A stretch of DNA of 63,923 nucleotides, filler included, from Choristocarpus tenellus KU-1152 (GCA_964200185.2; 12 parts of 12 records of this genome joined end to end with filler, not necessarily neighbours in it), one strand, 5' to 3'. Numbered from the whole stretch's first letter, positions 11,284 to 30,024 are shown. Made by a program: numbers and translations. The notes: generated by a model not told the origin, from the sequence alone.

Positions 11284-13651
11284 TGTAAATTTTGCAAAAG
11301 AGAACTACTCAAATAGAGTATTTTGCGAAGTGAGCACTATCCCATGAGGTGGGGGGTGCTCTCTCTTATTATCTTATTGCACACGTCAGCTGACACATCA
11401 GCTGACACATTGGTCGTACTATGTCACTTATCCTGTTCAGCCAGTTCAGTCACCCTCCATCAAACCATTTATATCAAGTAATATGAAATCAATCTTCTGA
11501 GATTCGAACCTATTACTCTAAGCACACGAAAACAAGGCAATGACACTTGTTCCACTTAGTCAACATATCTGTTGTCTAGTAGTGGCCACTAAACACATTT
11601 AATCCATATAGACTACCAGCCTATATTTCACACTCCCCCATGAGCGTGCAGCAAACTTGCTGACAAAAGCTCACCCGCTACGCGAAAGCACGGAATGCAA
11701 AAACTTAGTCAAAATGTCAGTTAGTTGTCTCGATGTTGGAACATATTCTACATGAAATAGACCTTGGTCCACATATTCCCTAGTGCATTTCAGCTTCATG
11801 TCCATATGTCTTGTTCTCCCATTGAACCCTGTGATTCTGCTCGCCTGGATAGCACCACGATTGTCAAAGAATCAGGGATTCTGATCCTGTAATATGCCAA
11901 TCTCCCCCAGAATGCCTTGCAGGAAAAAGCAGTGGCGCATGCCGTATGCCTTTGCCGTCCACTCTGCCTCCGAGCTGGAGAGGGTGACAACACCTTGAAG
12001 CTTGGAGCACCAGGCGATCGGCGATCCGTTGAAAAGTAGTATGTACCCTGTAACACTCCGGCGTGTTTGTGAGTCTGTGCCCCAGTCAGAATCTCCCCAT
12101 ATCCCACCAGGAGTTCTTCATCCCTCTCGTTTATATCTTTGTCCCCTCGATCATAGTGAATGCAGACATCCAATGTCCCTGCTACGTAGCGCAGAACGTG
12201 TTGCAGTCCGCGTCAGTGTCACATGCATGGAGATGCTGCTCTACGCCCCAGTTCACGAACGCTGTTAGCCAGATCTGGTCGATTCATGCCTGCTAAGAAC
12301 ATAAGTTTCCCAAGAATACTTGCATAGGGGTATATGATGGGATCTAGTTTCTCCTCATGATCTTGTCTGGCAGAGAGGTCCATGCCAGGGTCCAGTGGTG
12401 TAGATGTCTTTCGTACTTCTATGGAGCCCATCCCGGCCATGACAATGCTGTTAGCGTACATCTGCTGGTCCAGGGTGACGCCATCCTCACCCACTGTGAT
12501 GCCCAACCCAATCAGCTTGTCTGGCGTACCTAGGTCCCGCCCCTCGTACTTCTCTCGTAGGGATGCCCTTATCCTCTGGATCTCTTCTGTGAAGTCCCCA
12601 GTGGTGAGAGTGTCGTCCACATAGGTCGTGAGAATGGCGATGTGTCCGTCTTCACTCTTCTTGAAGTAGAGGCACTCGTCATGTTGACTGCTTGTCCATC
12701 CTTCCGATAGAATGGTGTTGCGTAGTTCATGGTACCATTCCATTGCTGACTGCTTCAGCCCATAGATTGCCCTTTCTGCCTTGACGGTGTGGCCGTCCGC
12801 AAGCTCCAGCCAGACGTCCTCCTGTAGATCCGCATTTAGGTAGGCCTGTGTGAGGTCCAGGGCATCTATTTTCCAACCTCTGTACGCTGCGACTGATATG
12901 ACGCATCGTAGTGTGTTGTACCCTACCACCGGGCTGAAGGTTTCAAAGAAGTCCACTCCTGCATTTTGGGTGAACCCACAGGCCACAAGTTTTGCCTTAT
13001 ATCGTTCCACTGACCCGTCTGCTGAGCGCTTGATCTTGAAAAAAAATCGTGTCTTGATTGCCTTCCTTCCTCGGGGTACAAGCTTATCACTAAACGTTCC
13101 CTTCTGCCAAAGTCCTGCAATTTCCTTTTCCTTGGCCTCCTGCCATTGATCTGCACCTGGCCCACTCAAGGCCTCCTTTGTGATAGTTGGTTTACCTATG
13201 CCTGTCCCCATTCCCTCAATGAGACCCATAAAGCAGTACACTACTTCGTTGTTCTGCTGCATAAGGGTTGAAACGAAGTGATTCATTTCCATTTCCTCAT
13301 ACTCTTCCTGGTTACACAAATATATATAGGCTACCCACTGGCGCTGCTCCAGCCTGGCAGATCTCCGAAGTCTAGAGTGTGGGGTCAGGCGTTTGGCTGC
13401 CATCTGTGCAGCCCTATCCATGCACTGGCGTTGTCCCATCCTGGGAGAAATTTCTTGACTCTGGGGGGATGCTGGGCGCTTTGCATCTTGAGTTGTCGTA
13501 GAAGCAGCCGTATTAGTTCGTTGGTGGTTAATATAAGATACGTGTATGGTATAGTTCTGTTGAAACCTGAATCGAATGCATCGTACATGTAGGTAAAATG
13601 CGTAGACTACTGGCGATGAGGAATCATGTTGTTGCGAAGCACCGATGAGTG
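11284..13651 (-). mobile_element. Ty1/Copia element B: RT-RNase H (frameshifted), PPT and 3' LTR (11632-11284)
   Basis: ORF 13439-12219 with YKAKLVACGF, IYGLKQS, YVDD; RNase H DSDW...RRSVTGY...SSSEAE; PPT GGGGGAG followed by TGTGAAAT...ATTTACA. Confidence 0.9.
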
Positions 13652-14058
13652 NNNNNNNNNNNNNNNNNNNNNNNNNNNNNNNNNNNNNNNNNNNNTTAAT
13701 TAATTAANNNNNNNNNNNNNNNNNNNNNNNNNNNNNNNNNNNNNNNNNNNNCCCTCCCCCCCCACCATCATCAGCAATTACACCGGAATAATGAACATAA
13801 TGAACATGAACACACACCATTAACAAAAACACAACAAAAGTTCCATGTAACACACACACCCAAGCAACCCACATTAACTGCAGAAACTGCATTAACTGCA
13901 GAAACTGCAAGTCAGTGGATAGGCGAGGTAAGGTTGAGCTGTTCATGCCGGCCATTCCTGTCAACCAACTTGTGATGGATATCCAACTTGTAAGGGATAT
14001 CCAACTTGTAAGGGATATCACCTACCGCAAGCACACCTTACATGGGTTAGGGTTAAGG

Positions 14059-18975
<4,917 letters not shown>

Positions 18976-20891
18976 AGCCGCACAACTCTTTAACTCCTCT
19001 TGTATGCTCAGAACTGTTCTCCCTCAGACCTTGTATCCTCCCCTGTTACTTGTTAGGCTTGCCCCCCCCCACCAGAAGAACTCAAGTCTTGCCCCCAAAG
19101 TATTTCACACCTGCCGTCTATCAGATCTCCCAAGTATACCTGAGAGCTCATATGCGATGCAGATTGGCAATAGTGTCAATCGATTCCCAAGGTATGTGGT
19201 GTGTGGAGCAGAGTCAGTGCATTGTTTGAACTTGTTTGAACTCTTCAACATTGTTTTACTTCCAACTTGTGCTAGAAACCTCTGCGCTTGGGAATGAGAG
19301 TCCTCGCATGATCAGCACTTAAGAGAAAAAATGGATTTTAATGGTCCCAAAAGCCGCAAGGCAAAGGGAGTTTGAAGTGTTGGGCCTAGTTGTCAAATAC
19401 GACGGCATCTGTCGCCTGAATTTCGGTCTCCTGAGCGAGAAATGCCCACTATCGACTAAAAAAATTGAACGAGGAGATGCCCTGTATCGAGTACTGAGGC
19501 TCCTCATGAACGATCGTATATAGTCCCCCGATATCGCTTCTTGCAGGCCGACAAATATTCGGTCATATTTTCGAGTCAGGTTGACAAAGCACTGGCAAGG
19601 TCTCAAAAGTATTCACAGCGATTAATAAAGTTCAACCGAAGAGGGCCCAGGCTGGCGATCACCCCATCTTCACGCTAGACTTGAGATTTTTATCTATTTT
19701 CTACTCAATGGTGGAATGCTCCGACGAATATCATTCATAGCTCAGGATCAAATTGGGTGCAACTCTGAGAGGACGGTGGGAAAAGAAATGCAACGATCTA
19801 CAAACTCCACCTCAACCTCACGAACTATGCCGATACCATCAACACCATAACCTAATGGGAAACATTCGTAGGGATCATAGTATAGACAAGTCACAGGATA
19901 CCACAAAGAGAAAAGGATTAAAAACTAACCGGACTATTAACCTTATCCAGGCATGTCCTCTGATGTGAACGACCAGCCTAAATTCTATATCGTCACAAAA
20001 AAAAACGAGCTCAAGTCGGAATGCATTCCCTCGTAAAAAGGTGTACGATACAAAAAAATAGACACAGGCTGGCACATGGTTCTTTCACGGCGCTTGCCTA
20101 AGACACCCACCTTCAATCCCTGCGAAAGGCACACTTGGATATGAAAAACACCACGTACGAGGAAGTTAGAAGAATCCTAGGTGGTGTAGGTCCACAATTT
20201 AAACAGGAGGTACCTCTTCGGGATTTCTTGAACTGGTAGGACGACAAGGTGGCCCTTCTCGTCACCGCTGGCCACGTCGTCAAGTGTTACAGAGGGCAGA
20301 CGAAAAGGATGTTAAGAGAGGTTGACAAAATATTATTTTCTTTTCCTATCATCTCACCATACCTATTACCTATACCTCTGTACATATACCGTATATTATT
20401 ATCCCGAGAAATATTCGTATTCGATACGGGTGTATCCAGCCGTTCGTTTCTTGATTTTCGAACTTAAATCCTGTTCTTCCCATTGTGTCTAGAAGTGTCA
20501 ATATTAAGGTATGTTCTTCGATTCAAATCGGAGTAAACCCAATATAAGATTACAATGATCGACAATTTGATAGTATGATCGTATCTGCCTCTTCCCCTGT
20601 CACTAAAATAGACCGTCATAATTCGTCGTTCCAGTTTCAGGTACGCGGGTTATCATCTTGTATGTTTTTCTTCGCTATGTCACTAACTCTAATCCAATCA
20701 AATTCAGGTATATACGTAAGATGGAAAAAATAAATTGGTAGGCATGCGATTGATGATTAATAATCCCATATTCTCCTCCAAAAATTGAGTTGGTTTTTTG
20801 AATCGTAATATACTAGTAGAGATGGTGGTATGCATCACATCTCTTCAATGGTCAGACACAACTTGAACACACTAAAATTTTGTTGGACGTA

Positions 20892-21191
20892 TGTGAAACA
20901 GGTGGAAACAAGCCGACAGGTTCTTCGTGATGAATTGGAGCGGGAAGACCCACAGGAGGCAAGATCAAAAAGAGACAAGTCAAAAAGGGAGAGCAATCCC
21001 TCAGATCACTGAGGAAAAGAGTGTTCAGGTGGTAACTGAGAGAGGGGGGGTTGTAAGGTCCCCTCAAACCACCCGATCTTACTTCAAGCAGATGTCATCT
21101 TCAACATGAAAGAACAAATATAATATGAATATCAGATTCTTCAAGATAGGTTACCTTCAGGGTATACCTTCTGTGGAAGATGGCTCTTACG
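20892..21191 (+). mobile_element. Solo-LTR-like repeat with 4-bp TSD
   Basis: TGTGAAAC...CTTACG flanked by CGTA on both sides. Homologs at 3262-3566 and 48997-49309. Confidence 0.75.
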
Positions 21192-21309
21192 CGTAAGGTT
21201 AATGGGGTGAAGGCTCAAGTGAAGGAGATCATTGGTCTTCCAATTACTATGACTACGATATCAACTTTCAGTTTCACAATATGATAATAATCTATTTTTA
21301 CTATTATGT

Positions 21310-21752
21310 CCTCTGACATTTCGCACATGTCAGGGGAAAAACCAAAGAAAATCACTTAAATGTCAGAAAAAACCCTACTTGTAAATGTGGAAGACATTCA
21401 TCCATTCACAATTTTACTACCAGCTATGCTACACCACTGCCCTCCTGTTGTGCCTCCAACCTAGCTTAATCCTGCACCCCAGGGTGAGGAGTTAGGGAAG
21501 CATCCCGAGAATCTGACAAGCCCCTCCTCGCCCATCTCCCTGGTGGCTCCAGCTTAAAACACATGACACGTCTAGATAGGGCTACTTGTATTGTGACAGA
21601 GAGTATCTATCGTGCACAGGATTTGACATCCCCTTTCCTTCTGTAGCCTCCTGTCCCTCTCCCCCCTACCACGTGCGTAGCTAGCTCATCCAGAAAACTT
21701 TACGCTTGCTTACCGAGGCACCCAAAACTTTCCACCGCAAAGGTGTTGAGGT
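21310..21752 (-). mobile_element. RLE-type LINE 3' fragment, copy 2 (with 3' UTR)
   Basis: NTFAVESFGCLGKQA...FLDELATHVVG; terminal hairpin CTGACAT-N7-ATGTCAG. Confidence 0.65.
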
Positions 21753-22403
21753 TAAACCATTTAATTGCAAGGAATGTACTTCTAACGCTACCACAACTAT
21801 GGTATGTACTATGGTAATAGTATTGATATTAGTAATTCCTCTGTATTATATTAGTTGCTAGTTCTATTGTCAAATGTTCACTCAGTATATAATATAAACG
21901 AATACCTTTCACCTTATTATATGTATTCATTTATAGGTTAGTTTTGCCACGAAGAAAAAAGGAGAACGCAGTCGTGAAGCAAACACACTATTCTTCTCGT
22001 AACCACCCAAAGTCACTATCAAAACTGTCGTTATAACATAATGTTTTGTCACTCCGATCGGTCTTGTTGTAGTCTGAGTCCTTTTTCAGTCGGTGATAGG
22101 AATAGATTTGCTATATTACGGCATGGAAGTTAACATGCACATGTCATCCTCTGTTTCAGTTTCAGTTTCTCTCTACACGCTTTCTCCTATCAATAATGTT
22201 GATGGAATTAGGTGTAATAGTCAGCATACTGATATTCCTGTTTGTTTCTTAATATGCATCACACATGAACCAACCCTACTGTGGAAAGCATTTTTGTCTG
22301 TTGTTATACCGTTATTTCCGTATGCCATATACCGTCATATGATTGTACCGTTGTAACGATTGAGGTTCCTTGTCAAGCATCCTTGACTCCACTGGCGAGC
22401 CAT

Positions 22404-23081
22404 CTATATATATATATATGCCCTCTGACATTTTGCAGATGTGTCAGGGGGAAAACAAATGAAAATTATACACATGTCAGTATAAGCCCTAAATAAATAA
22501 AATATCCTAAATGTGAAAACACTATAAAACACTGTAAGTGTGAAAACCACTAATTTGTTACTTCACCACTATCAATATTGTACTACTGTCTTCTTGTGCT
22601 TTCCATCTACCTACTCCTGCGCCCCGGAGGGGGGAGCTAGGGAGGCATCCCAAGAATCCAAAAAAACCCTCCGTGCCCATCTCCCTGGTGACTCTAGCTT
22701 AAAACGCATGACACGTTGAGACAATGCCACTTGTGTAGTCACCGAAACAATTTGGCGTAGCCAGGATTTCACTACTCTTTTCTGCAGTATCCTCCCGTTC
22801 CTCTCCCCCCTACCATGTGGGTAGCCAGCTCATCCAGGAAGCATTCCGCTTGCTTGCCGAGGCGCCCAAAACTTTCCATTGCAAAGGTGTTGAGGTTATA
22901 ACTACGAGGGTCAAAGGAATCCTTGTAGCGAGGGCGCTTTCTTGCCTCGGCTGCAGCAGCAGCTACACCATTGCTGGTGGATGAGTGGGTGAGGTGGGAG
23001 GTTGCCTGTACCTCTGTGAAGGTGACGCCTAGTAGAAGACCTTTGTCCCTGTAGGGAGCTGTTCAAGCGTCCGTTAGTGCC
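22404..23081 (-). mobile_element. RLE-type LINE 3' fragment, copy 3 (with 3' UTR and TA tail)
   Basis: LLLGVTFTEV...AAAAAEARKRPRYKDSFDPRSYNLNTFAMESFGRLGKQAECFLDELA; hairpin CTGACA-N11-TGTCAG followed by (TA)n. Confidence 0.7.
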
Positions 23082-24857
23082 NNNNNNNNNNNNNNNNNNN
23101 NNNNNNNNNNNNNNNNNNNNNNNNNTTAATTAATTAANNNNNNNNNNNNNNNNNNNNNNNNNNNNNNNNNNNNNNNNNNNNCCCCCCCCATATGTTCAAT
23201 AGAGGTACACATTCTATAATACTTCACTATGCTGTAAAAAACATTCAGGTCAACGGGGATTTCATCTCTGCATGATGTTATATACAACTGGGAAGCAAAA
23301 ATCACTCTTGCACATCTACCCCCCCTACCCCTTAACTGTACTCCAGTCAATCACACCACATTTGAACAACTACTACTTCCACAACAACTCAACTAACATC
23401 TTCTGAGCAACAACGGGAAACAGAAACCTCCTTCCCCTCCCTCCCCCAGCCTGAATATGACAATGAAGAGATCTTGGGGAAAGGGATGCTGTGTGTCCCC
23501 CACCCTCCTCCTGCTTGCTCCCAAAGCTCCCAACCTTCACCACCAACACCCTCTCCTCTCACACTTCATGCTCACGTTCCCACCTATACCTTGGGATTCT
23601 TCAAGGCATCCTGCTTTACAGCCTGCATGAATAAGGGGATACCAAGAAAAGTCAAAGAAGAGCAGAGTCAGGATGCAGCGATAGGTGTGTGATACATTGA
23701 CAAGCATGCCTTAAGTTCCTTCTTTGCACACTAAGGAGAAAAGTGTTGCAATTTTGGTATTCCTTCCAGCTGTAAAAAAACATAGTAACATTGCAGCGCT
23801 GCAGAGCCTAAGCTCACAGCAATTGTGCTGGGTGGCATAATGCTGGAGGTGGATGGTGATCCTTGCTCATCTCCCAAGAACAAAAATTCTCAATTCATCT
23901 CACTCAGGACAGCAACCCCCTTTGCCAGGAGACCATTTCACCCTGGCTTGAACTTTGGGTTGTCTCATGATATTTTCATCTTCACAAATCATCATCTCGA
24001 GTCAAGGCTATGTTCAGATGCTTGAAAGGAAGGATCACAACATCAAACTTCAGGGTTTGCTTTGTCTCTCCACCCCAGGCTGTAACCTAATCAAACAATA
24101 TCAGATATTGTTTGCAGCTTCTGCAGGGCACTGATAACGAAATCAGCTCGTGACTTCAACACATCCCCAAACCAGCCCTTACCAACTAATGAGCACCACA
24201 GAGCATTGGACAAGCAATTTTGAGTGGAACACGTCCTGCTATGTTTTGTGTAACACAACAATTAATCTTTTACTAATCTGTACTCTGAACCTCCCCCAAG
24301 ATCAACCCCGCAGACAAGATACCCCACTCGAGACAACCTCTGAGGAACAAATTCAGCAAGGCACTACACAATACATTCAACCACATCGCAGATGACAAGT
24401 GGAAACTGTTTACTACCAAACTTCCGTCTCCATTTCTCCTTTTTAGCAAATCTCTTTGTTTCAAGCCTAAGATGCCCACTACTTCTTCGACAAATCTCAA
24501 AACCACTGCAATCAACTCAAAAAAAGAATATTTTCCACGCCAGTTCTAGCTAGATACATTTTTTATTTTTAAGAAAGGGAAGAGTTTAGAGGAATATCAT
24601 AAGCGTAAAAGAAGGATAGCATGAATGTTTCCACCAGGATTCAATAACAAACGAGTGAAGATGAGACCACAGCGCAAGGTTCTCAGGATAAAGGTCTGAA
24701 ACTAACTTCACAAGATGCATCGCAGCGAGAAAGCACTCTCAAAATACAAGCACTCCACATGCAGCTTTATCATTCTAAAACCAACACAAAACAGGGAGTT
24801 TTCTATGGGTGCAGAACAGAGGCGTGTGCATTGTGTGCGTATTGTGCGCGTGCTCAC

Positions 24858-26739
24858 CAGGGAATACGCCGACCACTTGTAGGCAAGCACAAAGAGCACC
24901 CCTGATACCACAACCAATCCCACCCCAATAATCCAGTAGTCAATCTTGTCTCCTTCTTCTTCCTCCTCCTCTGTTTCAGGGAGCTCATCAAGCTCTGCCC
25001 GGATGGCAAGGATGTCTTGCTCACCTGAAGGAAACAAGATAAAAGAAATCAGGCGAGGAAGAAGAAGGCAGCAAAAGATTCGGGGTGGGTGGGTGGGTGG
25101 GTGGGAAGGGAGGGTTTTTCCAATGAGAAATGCAGCAGCATCACTTTTTTTTTTTAATTTTTTAATTCAGGTCCTCTCTACTAAAATCTGATTGTAAGGC
25201 ACACCTCACCAGTACATTCATTATACACACATATACTAAAATCGTCGAAAATTCAAATCATCAGCACGCAATCTTGAATTTTTATTTATTTATTCATTGA
25301 ACATTTCATTTTTCACAGTGCACTATAACAGGTAATCGTAATCAGTAAACAAATGCCACTCGAGCACACACCGATGTGCAGGTCCAAATCCAAGAAGCTC
25401 CCGTCTGCGTAACCAAGTAAGTATACACCATCTTCTGTGCTCGGGTCGCTGACCATGCTAAATGCTCTCTCAGACGTGAGGTTTGAGACTGGACTCCCGA
25501 CGAAGTACTTCAAGACCTCTTGGGTGTCCGGGTCGATCTTGGCAGCTATCATGTCTGCCTCCCCAAACTTTTGTTTTTTTTATTATTTACAAAAAATATA
25601 AATTTTGGCGCCAACGGGATAAGAGGAAAGAAAAAAAAAAAGTGGCAGTAATGCAGGGCAGGGCAGGCAGGAAGGAAAGAAAGAAAAAGAGACCAACAGG
25701 CAGCGCACAAGGAGGGTGGACGGATGTTCTTGTACGTGGGTATACTTGCAGTTTGTATAGGATTCTAGAAATTCGTTGAGGTGTGTGTTTGCTGCAACAG
25801 TCAGGGAGAGGTACAAACTTAATAGCACTTGGCATAGTGGTACATGTGACAATAGACAAACAAGAGGTTATGTTCAAACAATGCTACACAAAATACACAA
25901 GCATCAACTCTGGACAAAAAAAACTCTTCAGGTTTTTCATCGAACTGCTGCTGCCTCTGATCTTTCTCGAATACCCCCCCCCCCCCCCCATCCTTGGTGT
26001 CTTCCACTGGAACATATATCCCATGCATACAGGCTCATGCCAACAGGTTGGGTTAGGGGATAATCCACGAAAGACAAGCGAACAGCGAGGAGCCCATGAA
26101 TCATCTTTTGATCCAATAGCATACAGGCATAATATTCCCCCCAACATTATAATTACTGCTGTTCTGAAGCTTGGGGGGGGGGGGACTCACAATGTAATAT
26201 TCTGGAGAGGTAAGATTAAAGTGGTTTCCAAAGGTGTACCCTCCAATGATCGGTGATCCGTCTTCCGCCAGCACAACCCCAGCCTCACCCCACGAGGATG
26301 AATTGCCCTGGCTCTGAAGGTGTGCATAACCATACCCCGGGGGAAAAAAAGTTGGAGGCATAGAACCAAGTGCAAGGGGGCAGCATTAGTCAGGCGACCA
26401 AAGCAGGTCATGGAGGTGACAGAGCATGCCTTGATCCTCGAGGTATTTGGCCATGGGGGTCAATTGATATGTCATTGCTGCTCGATCCTGTTTTGTGCAA
26501 GCGGAACCTCATCCATACTGTGTTCAAGTATAAGTAAGCTTGCGCTCGTTAGGTGTGTGCCAGAGCACTTAGGGCACAACTACAGAGCGTTACGCGTTAA
26601 CCCTCACCTGATACACCCACATCTCTTCTCCATCTGAGGCTGCGAGTGAGAACAGGAAAAGTTCTTCCACCCCCGTCACTGCGAGATTTAAGCACAGAAC
26701 CACGTACAGGTTGTCCATGCGAGTGAGTGAGTGTTTGAG

Positions 26740-26785
<46 letters not shown>

Positions 26786-27510
26786 GGAAGTAGGTTGAGC
26801 AAACAGCGGATGCGGGCAAGCTATTTCTCGTGCGTCAGGATAAAAACAAAACAAAAACAAAAAAAGAGAAAATAATTGAATACTCACGCTCTTCATCCCA
26901 ATCCAAGAGGGCACCCCGAGTGTGGCCAGAGATATAGACTTCTGATTGGTCTGCAGACATGGTGATGCCATAGGCAGTGCTACCATCACCCTGAAGTACA
27001 TCGGGATGAAAACAGTCATGCAGTGAAGGAGCAATCAACTAAGTGGTCAGCCCCAGATTGAAATGGGAGTGAGCGTGTGGAGAGAGAGGGAGCAATCAGG
27101 CGTGAACATGGTGGGAGAGACATCACTATGTAAACCACAACAAGGAGTAAATAGCATATAGGGCAAGCGAGGAGAGCCCCCCCTCTCTCCTCCACCTCTC
27201 AAAACATTTCTGTCAAAAATAAATAAATCAAGGGGATAGTAAGACACACACATATACACACATACACACACACACACACACAAAAGAGAAATAAGCAAAA
27301 CTTGCCAGAAGTTGGTCTGCAGAAGCTTCCACGAGATTACAAAAAAAAAGGATGGTTGTATGGCGGTTGGGGGAGGGGCACAACTCTTCTCAACACAACT
27401 CCAGTGCATCAACAGCAACTGTCTCCTCACCTCCTCGCCAAATTCAACAGTCCATATCTCCTCTCCATCAGGGTCAAACTTTCGAACAAATATCGGTTGA
27501 AGCGCAACCG
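24858..27510 (-). CDS. Type I membrane protein with SBBP-like beta-propeller repeats (partial). Exons 27510-27431, 26990-26888, 26678-26608, 26313-26191, 25558-25372, 25024-24858
   Basis: IFVRKFDPDGEEIWTVEFG / AYGITMSADQSEVYISGHTRG / LFLFSLAASDGEEMWVYQ / DGSPIIGGYT / GVYLLGYADG, then an acidic linker and TM helix WIIGVGLVVVSGVLFVLAY. Exon phases are compatible. Confidence 0.75.
26745..26782. repeat. (GT)n microsatellite
   Basis: Pure GT run in an intron. Confidence 0.95.
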
Positions 27511-30024
27511 CTGCATAGGTGGGTATGACAAGGCAGTGCAGGAGGATGACAAGTTTTTCAGGGCCAGAGTTTTCAAGCATTTTTTTAGTTCGAATCCCAG
27601 CACGGACTGAATTTCTTAGTTTTTTTTTTGTTTACGATGCAGGGCACCTCGTGAGGGGATGCTTNNNNNNNNNNNNNNNNNNNNNNNNNNNNNNNNNNNN
27701 NNNNNNNNTTAATTAATTAANNNNNNNNNNNNNNNNNNNNNNNNNNNNNNNNNNNNNNNNNNNNCCAAAAAAAAACGAGATAGAAAAATGGGCCCCAAAC
27801 GGACAGCCGCCACCCCCCCCCCAGATACTTTGAGCCATCTGTAAGGTCCATAAAATCGCAGAATGTGTAGTGGGAGTATGTGTCATCGCTTGTGATGGGT
27901 GAAAACGTGTGTTACATTTTCCTATTCACCCTGTAATCTCTCCCTACAATGGGGAGGGTTTGTTCCAAAGTGACTAAAAGAATGATAATGGCAACAGTGA
28001 CACATTAGAGCTATCATTTAATTATACTGGTTGGGTCAAGAGTCCTGTTAACACCAATAAACTGAAAGATGATGCTTGCTAAAGTCGGGACGTCCTTGAG
28101 TGGGTTTACCTAGGACCAAGTCACAGTGGGTGGTACTACTTCAATCACATCACACGAGCATCAAAACACCTGTGAGAAGTGTATGTGTATGTGCCAACTA
28201 ATTATCCAGGAAGTGTGTCCCCACAAAGAACACACAGGAACAACCACGAGGTAAGTACATTCTTGAGAATTTTACCAGAAGAGGAGAGGTCTCACTCACC
28301 AGTTACGACCACTAGAGAGGGACGTTGGATCAATAATTGGATTATTGTTAGGGGGAAAGGTACCAACTTATTATTTGTAGTAGATTGTGGTCCACACTAT
28401 ATACCCATGGGCTGTGCAGTGGATCCACCCTGTGTGACCACAAGATCAAGTGAGTACATCACGTTATGTAAAATGACTTATATCCACATTTGAACACATG
28501 ATCTACAGTAGACTCAAGAGACAGTCAAGGCCTTCAGTCTGGACTACACCACCCCCCCCACCTGAATCGTAGAAATACCCTCCGTAACAACCTTTCCAAC
28601 CCCACCTACTATCCAATATGTACATGTACTTCCTCGTGCTACTATCTGAATGTCAGCTGCTCATAGCCCTGACCTCTATTGGCTGTGATTATGGGGGATG
28701 CGACACCCTCTTAAACTGAGAGTGTAATATTGTATCGTCCTCAAAGCACAGTCCCATCTATATATGTACTTGTAGCTGTAGTGATCTAGAAATTGTAGGC
28801 AACACAGGCAGGAAGCAGAAAGAAGTTCCACACAAAAAAACTAATGTACTTTTGAAATAAATGTCGTTTACCCATGGAAAATACTGCAGTCTTGTAATGT
28901 GCTGGTTGAGTCACAAACATCTACAGAAAGCACAACCAAAAAAATTCAATCCTTCCATTTTTCAATTGAGAAGAGCCCTGTATTGCGGTGGGTGAGGCTT
29001 ACTTGGACTGTTCATTTCATATTTGTACTTTGAGGCATAAGGTGGTATAATCAAAAGAGTAGTGCAAGTCTATGAAGTCGAGAAAACGTACACATTATTC
29101 GTAATACATACAGCATGCTGAAGAAAGGAGGTATTAGGTGGTACGAAGCCGATTATCGAGTATTTTTCTATATATACTTTGTAGTACTTTAGAAAGACAA
29201 CCAATCAATATTTTGCTGATATTGAAGTAGACCTGGTTCCTTCTTCCAGGTATATATGATACATACAACGCTGCACTGGGGTTCCATATTTCATCAACTA
29301 TGGACCCATCTCAGAATTTAGCACTGCCCTCACTGTGTATCCATCATTGTTGATACTCAACATGGTAACAAAGAATACATGCTTGAGTCACATAGGCTAA
29401 CCCATTTGCATCTATCGGCATGCTGTGAAGCACTAGAAAAAAAGACTCACCAGGGCTGACGATTTGTGATCTTACCACCTATATACAACTTTTTTTTATC
29501 ATAGACCACAACAAACAGGTACCTTGACCTACTCAGCGACACCAATCCACTCCACTGCAGTCAGAGTATACATTGCTTGATGAGCTACACTATACACTCT
29601 AACATAGTTTATATCATATCCAACCTGCCATTCTCTACTTCACTTACATACATAGACACACACTGAACAGGAAATTTGCAAGGAGTCATTTACAAGTCAA
29701 TCTGGTCGACTACTGGTCGTTGCTTTTTTTTGTCAAGGTAAACAATGAAAAGTGGCCACCCTGACTGCAAGTAGATAGCCTTAAGTTTGCTTTACATGGC
29801 ACTTGTGTGTGTGTACGATGGACTATTATTAATAGGACAGAGGAAGGATATACAAGTAACATGGAAGTCTGACAAACAATTTGTGACATTATACTGAATC
29901 AAGTAACATACTAAACCTCTAGGCAATGATACAGGTAAGGGGGTTCGCCCCCAAGCAAAATTCCGCGATTCAAAAGCATATCTACATTGTGTGTTTACAG
30001 GTTGTCCTCCGGCGAACACCTGCC

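Noticed and set aside
27583-27630. tRNA or SINE (GTTCGAATCCC B-box followed by a T-run)
   Set aside because: No A-box or cloverleaf is visible upstream.
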